Source: a virus (Duplodnaviria; Heunggongvirae; Uroviricota; Caudoviricetes). From it: DNA of 64,000 nucleotides. A program made the translations under genes and the position numbers. The DNA is taken from positions 32,001-96,000 of IMG/VR virus record IMGVR_UViG_3300009709_000002; one strand, 5' to 3'. This document shows positions 27,134 through 38,286 of this stretch, piece by piece. How positions within the stretch are numbered: the first letter of the stretch is position 1; every line of letters begins with the position of its first letter. The notes under the pieces were generated by a model. It ran no database searches. It saw only the letters and a list, made by a program, of their open reading frames with translations, and was not told the origin of the DNA.

Positions 27134-28710
27134 AGTTCATTTTCAGATGCGAGGGCTTGGTGCACTCGTTTGTCAAAGTCTTCACCCCAGCAAGCTGGGT
27201 CATATTCATAGCCATACGTTCTATCCTTGATGTGAGAAGCTTCAATCAGGTAGAAATTTGATCTGCTGTGCTGCCCTTGACGAGCAAGGTAATCTGCGAT
27301 GCGAACTTTGTATTCACGGACATGCGGCGCATAGAATGAAGCAGAAGCAAAATGCTCAAGTGCTTTGTCATGCTTTTGTAGAGCTTCATAGATGTAACCG
27401 AGCTGCAAGTTCAAGTATGACTTGTCACTGTCAGGCAGGGCTAGAGCTTTTTGAATCGCTTCTGCTGCCAGCTCTGGTTGTTGGCACTGTTGATATTCAC
27501 CAGCCAGGAATGACCATGACTTCCAAATGTCTGGACGCTCTTTCACCGATTGCTCGAGCAGGGTTTTGTATGAGCTACGAGCTTTATTTAAGTCCGGCTT
27601 CTGGAACATTCGGATCTTGTCATTGAAGTGAACTTGCTCTTCACCATGAGTTTCAAGCTTTTCATGAACTGGAAGAACCCAGCGATATCCAGCACGAGCG
27701 TGAATGCGTTCATGCCAGTGATCTGAGAAGCTCTTTTCATCTTCCGTCCAGAACGTCGAGAAGCGGTGATTCAGCCTGGTAGTGTTTGGAAGACGATGGA
27801 AATACTTTCTAGTTTCCGTGATGAAGTTTTCAGAGAGATACTCATCAACATCGAGCGAGATGCAAACGTCGATTTCAGGCCAAACCAAAGCCAAAGACGT
27901 GTTGCGAGCATCGTCAAATCGCCACGGATCTACGAAGATCTTCTTGGCGACGATATGATCATGATTTTCAACCCAGTTAGAAATTTCTTCCCAGGTACCA
28001 TCAGTAGAGCCAGTGTCACAGATGACAACTTGGTCAGCTTCTACTGCACTACCGAGAAAGCGATTGATGAAGTTGCGTTCATTCTTGCAGATGCCGTAGA
28101 CTGCAACCTTCTTTTCGAGAGCTTTTTCAACATAGGCACGGTGATTCAATGACATGACGAACACACCGATCTCATTGTCTTGAATCCAGGTGACAACATT
28201 CGGCCCAAGGAAGTCAAGAGCTTCTTGGATCGTCCAATTATCCGTGACGTGAACTTCATACGGATTGCCTTCAAACTCACCCTGAGGATAGTAGCCGATG
28301 GGAATGCTCACGAACAAAACGCCTGTCGCTTGCAATGCTCTGTCTATGACGCGAGCTGCTTTATCCTTCTCCATATGCTCGACGATGTCACCGAGAAATG
28401 TGAAGTTAGTGTATTGACTACGTTCGTTGATGAAGTAAGCTTCTGCATCACATACGAATAATTCATCATACTTCTCACGAAGCTTGAATTGTTCAACGTA
28501 CGGTTCCCAGATTTCTACTCCTATGAACTTTCCGTGAATGAGCTTGTTCTTGTAACGATTGAGGTAAGTACCAGAGCCTGCACCGATATCTAACACGGAA
28601 ACTGGACCTGGCGCTACAAAATCATCTTGGAACAATTTGGGTGCGAAGCGCTTCAGCTTGGCGATCGAACGATCAATGAACGCTTTTCCTGAATCTGAGC
28701 TATATGGCAT
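27130..28710 (-). CDS. Class I SAM methyltransferase - GT2 glycosyltransferase - TPR fusion
   Basis: VLDIGAGSG, GDIVEH; ICKNE, DTGSTDGT, WRFDDARN, LDVDE, PVHE; TPRs. Confidence 0.85.
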   Translation of the reverse strand: MPYSSDSGKAFIDRSIAKLKRFAPKLFQDDFVAPGPVSVLDIGAGSGTYLNRYKNKLIHGKFIGVEIWEPYVEQFKLREKYDELFVCDAEAYFINERSQYTNFTFLGDIVEHMEKDKAARVIDRALQATGVLFVSIPIGYYPQGEFEGNPYEVHVTDNWTIQEALDFLGPNVVTWIQDNEIGVFVMSLNHRAYVEKALEKKVAVYGICKNERNFINRFLGSAVEADQVVICDTGSTDGTWEEISNWVENHDHIVAKKIFVDPWRFDDARNTSLALVWPEIDVCISLDVDEYLSENFITETRKYFHRLPNTTRLNHRFSTFWTEDEKSFSDHWHERIHARAGYRWVLPVHEKLETHGEEQVHFNDKIRMFQKPDLNKARSSYKTLLEQSVKERPDIWKSWSFLAGEYQQCQQPELAAEAIQKALALPDSDKSYLNLQLGYIYEALQKHDKALEHFASASFYAPHVREYKVRIADYLARQGQHSRSNFYLIEASHIKDRTYGYEYDPACWGEDFDKRVHQALASENEL

Positions 28711-28818
28711 AAGAATCCCTTACCAAATTTGTGCAATAAATACATGCTAGTGATGAATGATTATATCACCCAACATTTCAATTGAAAATTTTTCATTGAC
28801 ATTCAAAGGATTTAATTT

Positions 28819-29739
28819 ATGGCAAACACCACAATCGTCTATCCTACAGGTCCAACAGGACCGACTGGTGGCGTCGGCCCAACTGGCCCAACTGGGGTCG
28901 GCCTTCGTGGCGTTACAGGCCCACAAGGTGTAAATGGACAAACTGGTCCTACTGGCGTAACCGGGCCAACTGGCTTTGGAGCTACAGGTCCAACGGGCGC
29001 GGTGGGTGCAGTAGGCGCTACTGGTCAAGATGGTCCTACAGGTCCGACTGGCATTCAAGGTCCAACAGGTCCACTTGGTAATGTAGGCATGCAAGGTCCA
29101 ACAGGTCCACAGGGATTGATTGGCGGACCTGGTCCAACTGGACCTACAGGTCCTCGCGGTATCGCAGGTGGTGGTGTTGCTGGTGCAACAGGAGCAACTG
29201 GACCAACAGGTCTTCGTGGTTACGTTGGCCCGACTGGTGCAACAGGCCCAACAGGTGCAGCTTCACAAGTAACAGGACCGACGGGTGCTACAGGCGCTAC
29301 CGGTCCAAGCGTAACTGGTCCAAGCGTAACTGGTCCAACAGGTGCTCCAGGTTCAAATGGTCAGCAAGGTCCAACCGGCCCTGATGGTTTCCAAGGACCT
29401 ACTGGTCCAGCTGGTACTCAAGGTATTGCTGGTTCTACCGGGCCAGGTGGTGCTACGGGCCCTACAGGCTGGACTGGTCCCATCGGCGTAACAGGTCCTA
29501 CTGGTCCTTCTGGCGGTCCTACTGGTCCTCAAGGATCTGCTGGTCCTACAGGTGCATCAGGCGGCCCTACAGGTCCTACTGGCCCAGTTGGCACACCATC
29601 GATCACGATTCTCGGTGCAGATCCAACAACCGCCAACTTAGCAACAAATCAATATGGCGTGTTTCTTAACACGGTAGCTAACACCGTAAAGCTTTGGGCA
29701 AATGCAAACGGTACGATGTATTCGGTTCAACTATCATAA
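28819..29739 (+). CDS. Short collagen-like (GPT repeat) virion protein
   Basis: About 250 aa of Gly-X-Y (GPT/GAT); late motif at 28735-28742. Confidence 0.85.
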   Translation: MANTTIVYPTGPTGPTGGVGPTGPTGVGLRGVTGPQGVNGQTGPTGVTGPTGFGATGPTGAVGAVGATGQDGPTGPTGIQGPTGPLGNVGMQGPTGPQGLIGGPGPTGPTGPRGIAGGGVAGATGATGPTGLRGYVGPTGATGPTGAASQVTGPTGATGATGPSVTGPSVTGPTGAPGSNGQQGPTGPDGFQGPTGPAGTQGIAGSTGPGGATGPTGWTGPIGVTGPTGPSGGPTGPQGSAGPTGASGGPTGPTGPVGTPSITILGADPTTANLATNQYGVFLNTVANTVKLWANANGTMYSVQLS

Positions 29740-30371
29740 TGTCAATTTACTTAACTCCAGCTCAGGTAACTCAGGTTGCAACGACGGTTAATCAATCAAA
29801 CGTCGCTGCAATCACGTCAGCACTAAATGCGGCGATGGATCAGTTTTCCATCAATACCACAAATACACGTGTGAGATATTTTCTGTCTCAGCTTGCATTT
29901 GAGTCGATGGATTTCAATGTCACAGTTGAAAATTTGAACTATTCAGCGGTGCGTTTGGTGCAAGTTTGGCCATCACGCTTCACAGCTGCTTCAGCTCCCG
30001 CTTATGCCAATAATCCAGTCGCTCTTGGTAATTATGTGTATGCTAATCGCTATGGTAATGGTGACCCCACGACTGGAGATGGGTATAATTTCCGCGGTCG
30101 TGGTTACATCCAGCTCACCTTCCGCGGTAACTACACGAATGCATCAAACGCCATCTACGGTGATACCCGCCTCATCAGCAACCCAGATCAAGTAGCAAAT
30201 GATCCAAATGCTTCAGCGTTGACTAGCGGCTGGTTTTGGCAGGTTAACAACCTGAACACGCTGACAGACCAGTTGAACTTCACCGCTGTAACGACAGCAA
30301 TCAATGGTAGCTCAGTTTCTGTTCCACAGCGTCGTTTGTATCTCGCTCGTGCGAATGTAGCTATTGTTTAA
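29739..30371 (+). CDS. GH19 lysozyme/chitinase-like lysin
   Basis: FLSQL.FES, ENLNYS, YANRYGNG, FRGRGYIQLT..NY, WFW, ING; TAATG coupling. Confidence 0.9.
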   Translation: MSIYLTPAQVTQVATTVNQSNVAAITSALNAAMDQFSINTTNTRVRYFLSQLAFESMDFNVTVENLNYSAVRLVQVWPSRFTAASAPAYANNPVALGNYVYANRYGNGDPTTGDGYNFRGRGYIQLTFRGNYTNASNAIYGDTRLISNPDQVANDPNASALTSGWFWQVNNLNTLTDQLNFTAVTTAINGSSVSVPQRRLYLARANVAIV

Positions 30372-30388
30372 AAGCTAATTCGTGATTG

Positions 30389-30424
30389 AAAAAGGCTAGG
30401 AGGTTTACTCTCTCCTAGCCTTTT
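30389..30424 (+). terminator. Rho-independent terminator
   Basis: AAAAGGCTAGGAG...CTCCTAGCCTTTT. Confidence 0.8.
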
Positions 30425-30429
30425 GTGTC

Positions 30430-30437
30430 TATAAATA
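30430..30437 (+). promoter_or_regulatory. T4-type late promoter TATAAATA (representative copy)
   Basis: NATAAATA also at 28735, 33891, 38247, 41023, 44020, 1937 (+) and 14637, 22413, 53677, 55726 (-). Confidence 0.75.
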
Positions 30438-30468
30438 TCCGCATTATAATCTTTTTGACGAGACGTCC

Positions 30469-33400
30469 ATGAAGCTTACGTTCAGACAAGGTCTGGTTAG
30501 TGTACCAGCAAACTCATACAACTTCCTACAATATAATTCCTCAAATGGGGCTGTTAACCTGTCGCTGCCAGCTGAAACTACTCTTCAAATGGCCGCTGCT
30601 TATGGCACGGATGATTATCTGCTGCAACAGTCTGCCTCGGTGGTTAACGCTTTCGGACCGCTGACTTGGAATTCATCTTGGGGAACGCGTCCTACAAACC
30701 CAACTTACTACCTGTACTACACGGTTAATAAGTCAACCGGTGCTACAACGACAGGTTTTACGTTTGCAAGCCCAATCGTTTCGATTATTGCACCAACATC
30801 ACCGATCATCGGTCAGTTTTGGTTCTGCCTCAGCAATACGACAATGTACATCTGGGATGGCACATACTGGGAATCAATCATTGCTGTCTTTGTTGGTAGT
30901 GTAATCGGTTCGACGGTTACTCAACAATCCGTAGGATCACAAGTTGGTTTGACATATCCAGGCACGCTATCAAATCAAGTCGACGCTGGTTTTATCATGT
31001 TTGGCGCGGATTTGAATGCTATCCAGAATCCGTCTGGTACAGGCTTCTTAACTTCTGCTTCGCCAATTTACCTCAACGTTGGCGCTTTTACATCGCCAGT
31101 TAAGCTTGAAGCTCTGTCTACCCAAGCTATCGCAAATGAGCCAATTCCAGCTTTCTCATGCGTAACAATGATCAGCGCCAACGTAGTTGGTTTGGCTGAT
31201 GAAGATGATGCTTCACGCCGTGCGATCGGTATCGTCATGGAAGATTTGAATCCAGGCGACACAGCTAATATCATCACTTCTGGCGTAGTATTCAACGCAA
31301 ATTGGAACTGGGACTTCAGCCTAGGTAAAGATCTCTACTGTGGTCCAGATGGTGTTCTTCTTCAAGATGCTCCAGGAAGCTTGGCTGATGGTGGTCAGAA
31401 AATCGGTAGCTTAATCAGCTCAAATTCTATCGTCATTGCAATCGACATCATCGGTAACATCATCGCTTCGGTTGACTTCCAAGGGCCAACTGGACCAGTT
31501 GGCGCTCGTGGAGCGATTGGTCCAACTGGCGCTCAAGGTCAAACCGGGCCGTCAGGTCTAAATGGTTCAACTGGTCCAACTGGCCCTATGGGTCAACTTG
31601 GTCTTTCTGGTTCAACTGGTCCAACTGGCCCGATCGGTTTAGCTGGTCCTACTGGTCTGAGTATCCAAGGTCCTACCGGATCTGCTGGTCCTACCGGATC
31701 TCAAGGCGCAGTTGGTCCTACGGGTGCTACTGGTGTTGGTGCTACAGGCCCTACCGGATCGCAGGGTGTTACAGGCCCTACAGGAGCGACAGGCGTAGCT
31801 GGCACAAGTATCGTTGGGCCAACTGGTGCAACTGGCTCTGTCGGACCTACAGGATCTAGCGGTCCTACAGGTGCGGTTGGTGCAACTGGCCCATCTGTTA
31901 CAGGCCCAACAGGTCTCAGCATCACTGGTCCTACAGGTGCAGTTGGTGCAACAGGTTTGAGCATCACAGGTCCTCAAGGTTTCCAAGGTTCAACAGGTCC
32001 GACAGGAGCAACTGGTGCCGCTGGTACTCCGGGTGGTCCTACTGGTCCTACTGGTGCATCTGGTCCAACTGGTGCCGCTGGTACTCCAGGCGGTCCTACA
32101 GGTCCTACGGGAGCAACTGGAACTAACGGTATCAATGGTTCAAATGGACCCACTGGTCCAACTGGCGCTAATGGCGCTGATTCAACTGTAGCTGGTCCTA
32201 CTGGCCCTACTGGCCCTAGCGTAACTGGTCCGACTGGTGCTGGTGCTACAGGCCCAACAGGAACCGCTGGTCCAACTGGTTCTACTGGTGCGACAGGCGT
32301 AGGTGCTACAGGCCCGACTGGTGCTCAGGGTGTAGCAGGTCCAACGGGCCCTGCAGGTTCTGGTGGCAGCGGTTCTGGCACTACGGGTCCAACTGGTCCT
32401 GCCGGTACTAACGGAGCAACTGGTCCGACAGGCGCTGCATCTACAACCGCTGGACCTACTGGCCCGACAGGTCCAAGCGTAACTGGCCCGACTGGATCTG
32501 GCGCCACTGGTCCGACTGGTGCTGCTGGTGCGACGGGTCCTACTGGAGCTGCAGGAACTTTTGCAAATCAAAGTCCAGCAGTATTCTTCGCAGGTCCAAT
32601 TACTGGAGCACCAGCGGCAGCTCCAGCTTTCCGTGCAATTAGCGGAACGGATCTTCCATCAAGCTTAGCTCTGACTGGATCTCCAACAGCTACGTCACCA
32701 GCTATCGGTGATAATAGCGGAAATCTTGCAACAACCGCTTGGGTTCAATACCTGAACAACATGCTTCAGCTTAACGTAGCTGGTAACTCCAACGTTACGC
32801 TGTCAGCAGTTCAGTATGGTTATGGTTCTATCAACCTTAGCGGAGCATTGACCGGAAATATTGCTCTTATTTTCCCATCAGGTATTGCTGGAAAGTGGGT
32901 GGTTGGAAATAATACATCAGGAGCTTTCACTGTTACGTTGAAAACAGCCGCTTCAGGCACTAATACAATCGTACTTCCACAGAATTACTGGACAACGATT
33001 GTGTCAGATGGAACTAGCTTGTATCGTTCATACACGTACCTGAATGCAGCAGATATTTCTGGCGCTCTTGGTTACGTAGCTGTGAATAAAGGTGGCGATA
33101 CTATCACCGGTAGTTTGACGGTGAATGGTACTATGACAACATCAACCGGTGTTGTAACAGGCCAGATCACCGTTGGTAACGCTTCAGCAAACTACTACAC
33201 GATGAGCGGTGCTACTACAGGCAATTCACCATCGATTACAGCTACTGGATCAGATACTAACGTCAACCTGATCTTGAACAGCAAAGGTACTACTAGCCAA
33301 ACGATTATTTCATCAGCTGGCGGTCTGTCGGTTAACCAGACTTCGTATTTCGCTGGTGCTGTGACGATGAACAGCTCACTGGCTGTAACTGGAGCTGGTT

Positions 33401-33831
33401 CTGTTGGTGGTAACTTCCTTGTTGGTACAACGTCTAACAATGGTAGAGCTGCTCTGCAGGTAAATGGTGGCTTCACGGTGTCTGGTCGTCGTATTGGCTA
33501 CCAGCTTGCTCACCAAGTTTCTGCTGGTACCACAGGATCATTCACGATCACAGCGACAGGTTTCCCAACGTATGGCTTGTCTGACTGGGATTCGATGGAA
33601 GCGCTGTATTACTTCACTGTGTTCTCAACTGGATCTGGTCACCAAATTCAGGCGATCGCGCTGTATACCCAGAACTATGACGGTACTCCAATTCTGATTG
33701 GAACTATCGGTTCAAAGGTGAACGGCGGCACTGTAACATTTGGCTCAAGCGGTAACTCTCCAACAGCGGCAATTACTAACACGTCTGGTTCAACACCGAT
33801 CTACTCAGCACAGATCGTATACGCGAACTAA
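30469..33831 (+). CDS. Collagen-like fibre 1 (shared FRQG head domain, collagen stalk, tail-fibre tip)
   Basis: N-terminal ~330 aa paralogous to ORFs at 33928, 38287, 44056; GPT repeats; DNS..LATTAWV fibre motif. Confidence 0.85.
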   Translation: MKLTFRQGLVSVPANSYNFLQYNSSNGAVNLSLPAETTLQMAAAYGTDDYLLQQSASVVNAFGPLTWNSSWGTRPTNPTYYLYYTVNKSTGATTTGFTFASPIVSIIAPTSPIIGQFWFCLSNTTMYIWDGTYWESIIAVFVGSVIGSTVTQQSVGSQVGLTYPGTLSNQVDAGFIMFGADLNAIQNPSGTGFLTSASPIYLNVGAFTSPVKLEALSTQAIANEPIPAFSCVTMISANVVGLADEDDASRRAIGIVMEDLNPGDTANIITSGVVFNANWNWDFSLGKDLYCGPDGVLLQDAPGSLADGGQKIGSLISSNSIVIAIDIIGNIIASVDFQGPTGPVGARGAIGPTGAQGQTGPSGLNGSTGPTGPMGQLGLSGSTGPTGPIGLAGPTGLSIQGPTGSAGPTGSQGAVGPTGATGVGATGPTGSQGVTGPTGATGVAGTSIVGPTGATGSVGPTGSSGPTGAVGATGPSVTGPTGLSITGPTGAVGATGLSITGPQGFQGSTGPTGATGAAGTPGGPTGPTGASGPTGAAGTPGGPTGPTGATGTNGINGSNGPTGPTGANGADSTVAGPTGPTGPSVTGPTGAGATGPTGTAGPTGSTGATGVGATGPTGAQGVAGPTGPAGSGGSGSGTTGPTGPAGTNGATGPTGAASTTAGPTGPTGPSVTGPTGSGATGPTGAAGATGPTGAAGTFANQSPAVFFAGPITGAPAAAPAFRAISGTDLPSSLALTGSPTATSPAIGDNSGNLATTAWVQYLNNMLQLNVAGNSNVTLSAVQYGYGSINLSGALTGNIALIFPSGIAGKWVVGNNTSGAFTVTLKTAASGTNTIVLPQNYWTTIVSDGTSLYRSYTYLNAADISGALGYVAVNKGGDTITGSLTVNGTMTTSTGVVTGQITVGNASANYYTMSGATTGNSPSITATGSDTNVNLILNSKGTTSQTIISSAGGLSVNQTSYFAGAVTMNSSLAVTGAGSVGGNFLVGTTSNNGRAALQVNGGFTVSGRRIGYQLAHQVSAGTTGSFTITATGFPTYGLSDWDSMEALYYFTVFSTGSGHQIQAIALYTQNYDGTPILIGTIGSKVNGGTVTFGSSGNSPTAAITNTSGSTPIYSAQIVYAN

Positions 33832-33927
33832 CTGTAATTGATGTAATCTTTGGGCTATCAAATGATAGCCCAAAGTTGTATATGATGCACGATAAATAAT
33901 TGATCTTAATCTGGAAGACCACCTATT

Positions 33928-36900
33928 ATGCAGCTAAATTTTCGCCAAGGTATTATTCGAGCTCCAATCAACAGCTCATCAAACCAACCGGCATATTTGA
34001 GCTACAATGCCTCCACTAACCTGGTTGACATTATCATCCCGAATAACAGTTCGGGTGTGTCTGTTACTGTAGCTTATCAAAATTCTGATTATCTCGTTGA
34101 TCAGCTCACCTCACTATCAGGCGCATGGGGAGCTTTTGTCTGGAATCCGACATGGACGATTCCAGGACAAACTCCACCAACGAATCCAACATACTACATG
34201 TATTGGAGCATCTCCCTAGCAACCGGCCAGGTTTCGAGAGGCATTACTCCATATGCTCCAATCACAGCGATTAATGCTCCAAACCCAAATGCTATCGGTG
34301 CTTCACAGCATTGGTTCAACACGGTAACTAACGTGATGAGCATGTGGGATGGTAATTTCTGGCGTCCAGTGATTCACGTTTTCGCTGGCTCGATCAACTC
34401 AGCCTCAAACATTATCACCCACCAACCAGTTGGAATCTCTCAAGTTGGATTGAACTATCCAGGTGGATTGCTTGCTCCAGTTAATGCTGGCTATATCGTC
34501 TTCGGTCAAGATACAAAAGGCGTAAAGTTTAGTGACGGCACATTCTTGACAACCGCTAGCCAGATGGTTTCAAATAAGGCTGGCGTTTACACCTCGCCAT
34601 TCACGCTTGAAGCATTATCTACCCAAGCTATCGCATCAGCTCCAATTCCAGCTTTTTCGTGTGTGGCTTTTACTGGTTTGAATCAGATTGGTACAGCTTC
34701 ACCAACTGACATTACTCAGCGTCCAGTTGGTATTGTAACTTCATTAGTTCCAACAGGATCTTCTGGTAGCATTGTTTCAAGCGGAACTGTTTTCAACTCA
34801 AATTGGAATTGGGATGTAACACAAGGCACTGAGCTATATTGCGGTCCAGGTGGATCGATCATTCAAGGAACTGCTATCAATGCAGTTAATGGTCAATTCA
34901 AGATCGGTTCAATTCTCAGCTCTAACTCGATCATCGTATCACTTAGCTATTCTCCTAAGGGTGCTACTGGCCCAGCCGGTGTGGCTGGTACTGCAGGTCC
35001 TACAGGTTCTGCTGGTGTTGCTGGTTCACCTGGCCCAACTGGTGCAACAGGTTCTATGGGTCCAACTGGACCAGCAAATGGTCCAACTGGCGCTACAGGT
35101 ATTGCTGGCCCAACCGGCGCTATTGGTGCTACTGGCCCGACAGGCGCAAGCATTACTGGCCCGACAGGCGCACAATCAACGGTTGCAGGACCTACGGGCG
35201 CGACTGGATCAACTGGCCCAAGCGTAACTGGTCCTCAAGGTGTTCAAGGTGCAACCGGACCGACAGGCTCTGCCGGCGCTAACGGTGCCACGGGACCTAC
35301 AGGCGCAAACGGTTCAAATGGCGCAACTGGTCCAACCGGGCAAGCTGGACCAACCGGTTCTGCCGGTGCGAATGGTGTCACAGGTCCTACTGGACAAGTA
35401 GGACCTACAGGCGCGAATGGTTCAAATGGAGCTACAGGACCAACAGGTTCTGCTGGATCAAACGGTGCTACTGGTCCTACTGGATCTCAGGGTGCAATTG
35501 GTTCAACAGGTCCTACTGGATCTCAGGGCACAATTGGTTCGACAGGACCAACGGGTGCTACAGGTGTACAAGGTGTTGCAGGTTCTACTGGTCCTACGGG
35601 ACAAGCTGGTGCAGCTGGTTCTACTGGTCCAACAGGATCAAATGGCGTAGCTGGTCCAACTGGCGTAGCTGGTGAAAACGGAGCGACAGGACCAACTGGC
35701 GCAACCGGAGCAGCTTCGACTATCGCTGGTCCAACAGGCCCAACTGGTCTTAGCGGTTCTACTGGTCCTACAGGTGCTCAAGGTGTTGCTGGTACAGGCC
35801 TTACAAACAAAGGCGCCTGGGTGTCAGGCACGACTTATGATCCAGGCGACTACGTGTTTGCTACTGGTTCAACATCGTCTGCGCAGTCTATGTGGATTCA
35901 AAATTCTGCATCCCCATACTTGTCAACCATTCAACCAAATGAAGACACATCACATTGGATTGAATTCCAAGCTCCGGCCGGCGCAACTGGTCCGACTGGC
36001 AATGTTGGTCCTACAGGTCCAACTGGAGTAGCTGGTGAAAATGGGGCGACTGGACCTACTGGTGCTCAAGGTGCTGCCTCTACAGTTACAGGACCTACAG
36101 GAGCACAAGGCGTAGTTGGTGCAACTGGACCTACAGGCGTTGCTGGTTCAAATGGCGCCACTGGTCCAACAGGTTCACAGGGTGTAGTTGGTTCAACCGG
36201 GCCAACTGGTGCTACAGGCGCACAAGGCGCAGCGTCAACTGTGGCTGGACCGACAGGGCCAACTGGTCTTCAAGGTGCAGCATCGACTGTTACTGGACCC
36301 ACTGGTGCAGCTGGTTCAAATGGAGCCACGGGACCGACGGGCGCGGCTGGAGCTAATTCTACTGTAACTGGCCCAACAGGTCCTACTGGTGCAGCTGGAG
36401 CTGCATCAACCGTCACGGGTCCTACTGGTTGGACAGGCCCTCAGGGCGCAGCGTCAACTGTAACTGGTCCTACCGGCTGGACAGGACCACAAGGCGCAGC
36501 GTCAACTGTAACTGGTCCTACGGGCGTAGCTGGATCAAATGGAGCTACGGGGCCAACTGGAGCTCAGGGTGCAGCATCGACTGTTACTGGACCAACCGGA
36601 CCAACCGGACTTCAAGGTGCCGCATCTACGGTAACTGGTCCTACTGGTGCAGCTGGTTCAAATGGAGCCACTGGGCCAACTGGAGCTCAAGGAGCTGCAT
36701 CAACGGTAACTGGTCCGACAGGTCCAAGCGTAACTGGTCCGACAGGAGCTGCAAGCACGGTAACAGGCCCTACAGGTTGGACAGGTCCGCAAGGTGCAGC
36801 GTCAACTGTTACTGGACCTACAGGTCAAACTGGTCCTACAGGAGCTCAAGGTGCAGCAAGCACTGTAACTGGTCCTACTGGCCCAAGTGTAACTGGCCCA

Positions 36901-38193
36901 ACAGGTGCGGCATCAACCGTGACGGGTCCAACAGGTTGGACAGGACCTCAGGGTGCTGCTTCAACCATCACTGGACCTACCGGTGCAAATGGTTCAAACG
37001 GAGCCACTGGCCCGACAGGAGCAGCCTCAACAGTAGCTGGGCCAACTGGTCCTACAGGTGCAGCTGGAGCTGCATCAACCGTCACTGGTCCTACAGGTCC
37101 TAGTGTAACTGGACCAACTGGAGCCGCTGGAGCTGCATCAACCGTCACTGGTCCTACAGGTCCTAGTGTAACTGGACCAACTGGAGCCGCTGGCGCTGCA
37201 TCAACCGTTACAGGTCCTACGGGATGGACAGGACCAGCTGGTCCAACTGGCCCTGCTGGATCTGGAAGTGGCTCAGGCACTACAGGTCCTACTGGCCCAA
37301 CTGGAGCCGCTGGTGCTGCATCAACAGTGACAGGCCCGACAGGAGCAGCTGGTGTAACTGGCCCGACAGGTCCTGCTGGTTCTGGCGGTGGTGGTTCAGT
37401 AACTACTTCAGGCGTTCAAGCTGCTAGCACAACGTCGGTGTACTACAATATCACCGGTAACTCAACTGTTGCAACATCCGATGCTCAGAATTGTGCTGTA
37501 TTCTACATCACTGGATATTTGAATTCAACCTGCACGTTAAGCTTCCCATCTGGAGTACTTGGACGTTACATGATTATGGCTTATCAACTTGGTTCAGGCT
37601 CACCAAGCTATAAGCTGACTATCAACACCACAACAACTACTTCTGGCGCTGCAACAGTTTCGATCACTGCTGGTAAGAATATGCAAATCTTCAGTGATGG
37701 TACCAACGTGTACCTCATGGATAATGACTTCCCAGCAGGTGGCGGTGGTGGTTCAACAACTCGTGTTGGTTTGGCAAGCAGCCAAGGCACAACTGCTACT
37801 ACGATGACAACGATTCCAAGCTTCGGTTTGCCTCTCGTTGCCAACCAGTATCACAAGTTCCAATTCTGGCTCGCAGTTAACTTTAACGTTGCAACAACCG
37901 GTATTGTGATTGGTCTTACAACTAGTGCATCTTTCCAAACATTCAACTGTTTCGTTGAAATGCAAGATGGTGCAGACGGTACAACTAATAACTTCAGAGG
38001 ACAGATCAATAGCTTATCGCAGACCGTGACAGTTCCATCATCACAAGCTGCTAACTCGAATCAATTTGTAAGAGTTGAAGGTATCATGTACGCTACGTCA
38101 TCTGGCACTCTTTCGCTTCAGTTCGCAACGTCTGTGCTGTATTCTTACGTTGCAGTTCAAGTTGGTTCGATGGCAATTATCGAAACTCCATAA
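33928..38193 (+). CDS. Collagen-like fibre 2 with internal CBM5/12-like module
   Basis: FRQG head; about 750 aa of GPT/AASTVT repeats; W.SGTTY..GDYV module near 35810. Confidence 0.85.
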   Translation: MQLNFRQGIIRAPINSSSNQPAYLSYNASTNLVDIIIPNNSSGVSVTVAYQNSDYLVDQLTSLSGAWGAFVWNPTWTIPGQTPPTNPTYYMYWSISLATGQVSRGITPYAPITAINAPNPNAIGASQHWFNTVTNVMSMWDGNFWRPVIHVFAGSINSASNIITHQPVGISQVGLNYPGGLLAPVNAGYIVFGQDTKGVKFSDGTFLTTASQMVSNKAGVYTSPFTLEALSTQAIASAPIPAFSCVAFTGLNQIGTASPTDITQRPVGIVTSLVPTGSSGSIVSSGTVFNSNWNWDVTQGTELYCGPGGSIIQGTAINAVNGQFKIGSILSSNSIIVSLSYSPKGATGPAGVAGTAGPTGSAGVAGSPGPTGATGSMGPTGPANGPTGATGIAGPTGAIGATGPTGASITGPTGAQSTVAGPTGATGSTGPSVTGPQGVQGATGPTGSAGANGATGPTGANGSNGATGPTGQAGPTGSAGANGVTGPTGQVGPTGANGSNGATGPTGSAGSNGATGPTGSQGAIGSTGPTGSQGTIGSTGPTGATGVQGVAGSTGPTGQAGAAGSTGPTGSNGVAGPTGVAGENGATGPTGATGAASTIAGPTGPTGLSGSTGPTGAQGVAGTGLTNKGAWVSGTTYDPGDYVFATGSTSSAQSMWIQNSASPYLSTIQPNEDTSHWIEFQAPAGATGPTGNVGPTGPTGVAGENGATGPTGAQGAASTVTGPTGAQGVVGATGPTGVAGSNGATGPTGSQGVVGSTGPTGATGAQGAASTVAGPTGPTGLQGAASTVTGPTGAAGSNGATGPTGAAGANSTVTGPTGPTGAAGAASTVTGPTGWTGPQGAASTVTGPTGWTGPQGAASTVTGPTGVAGSNGATGPTGAQGAASTVTGPTGPTGLQGAASTVTGPTGAAGSNGATGPTGAQGAASTVTGPTGPSVTGPTGAASTVTGPTGWTGPQGAASTVTGPTGQTGPTGAQGAASTVTGPTGPSVTGPTGAASTVTGPTGWTGPQGAASTITGPTGANGSNGATGPTGAASTVAGPTGPTGAAGAASTVTGPTGPSVTGPTGAAGAASTVTGPTGPSVTGPTGAAGAASTVTGPTGWTGPAGPTGPAGSGSGSGTTGPTGPTGAAGAASTVTGPTGAAGVTGPTGPAGSGGGGSVTTSGVQAASTTSVYYNITGNSTVATSDAQNCAVFYITGYLNSTCTLSFPSGVLGRYMIMAYQLGSGSPSYKLTINTTTTTSGAATVSITAGKNMQIFSDGTNVYLMDNDFPAGGGGGSTTRVGLASSQGTTATTMTTIPSFGLPLVANQYHKFQFWLAVNFNVATTGIVIGLTTSASFQTFNCFVEMQDGADGTTNNFRGQINSLSQTVTVPSSQAANSNQFVRVEGIMYATSSGTLSLQFATSVLYSYVAVQVGSMAIIETP

Positions 38194-38211
38194 GTCTTAA
38201 AGTCGTACTTG

Positions 38212-38242
38212 AAAAGCGAGAAGTCTAGACTTCTCGCTTTTT
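38212..38242 (+). terminator. Rho-independent terminator
   Basis: AAAAGCGAGAAGTC-TA-GACTTCTCGCTTTTT. Confidence 0.8.
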
Positions 38243-38286
38243 GTGCAATAAATAGACGAATACAATGCATTCATTAAGGTCAGCGC

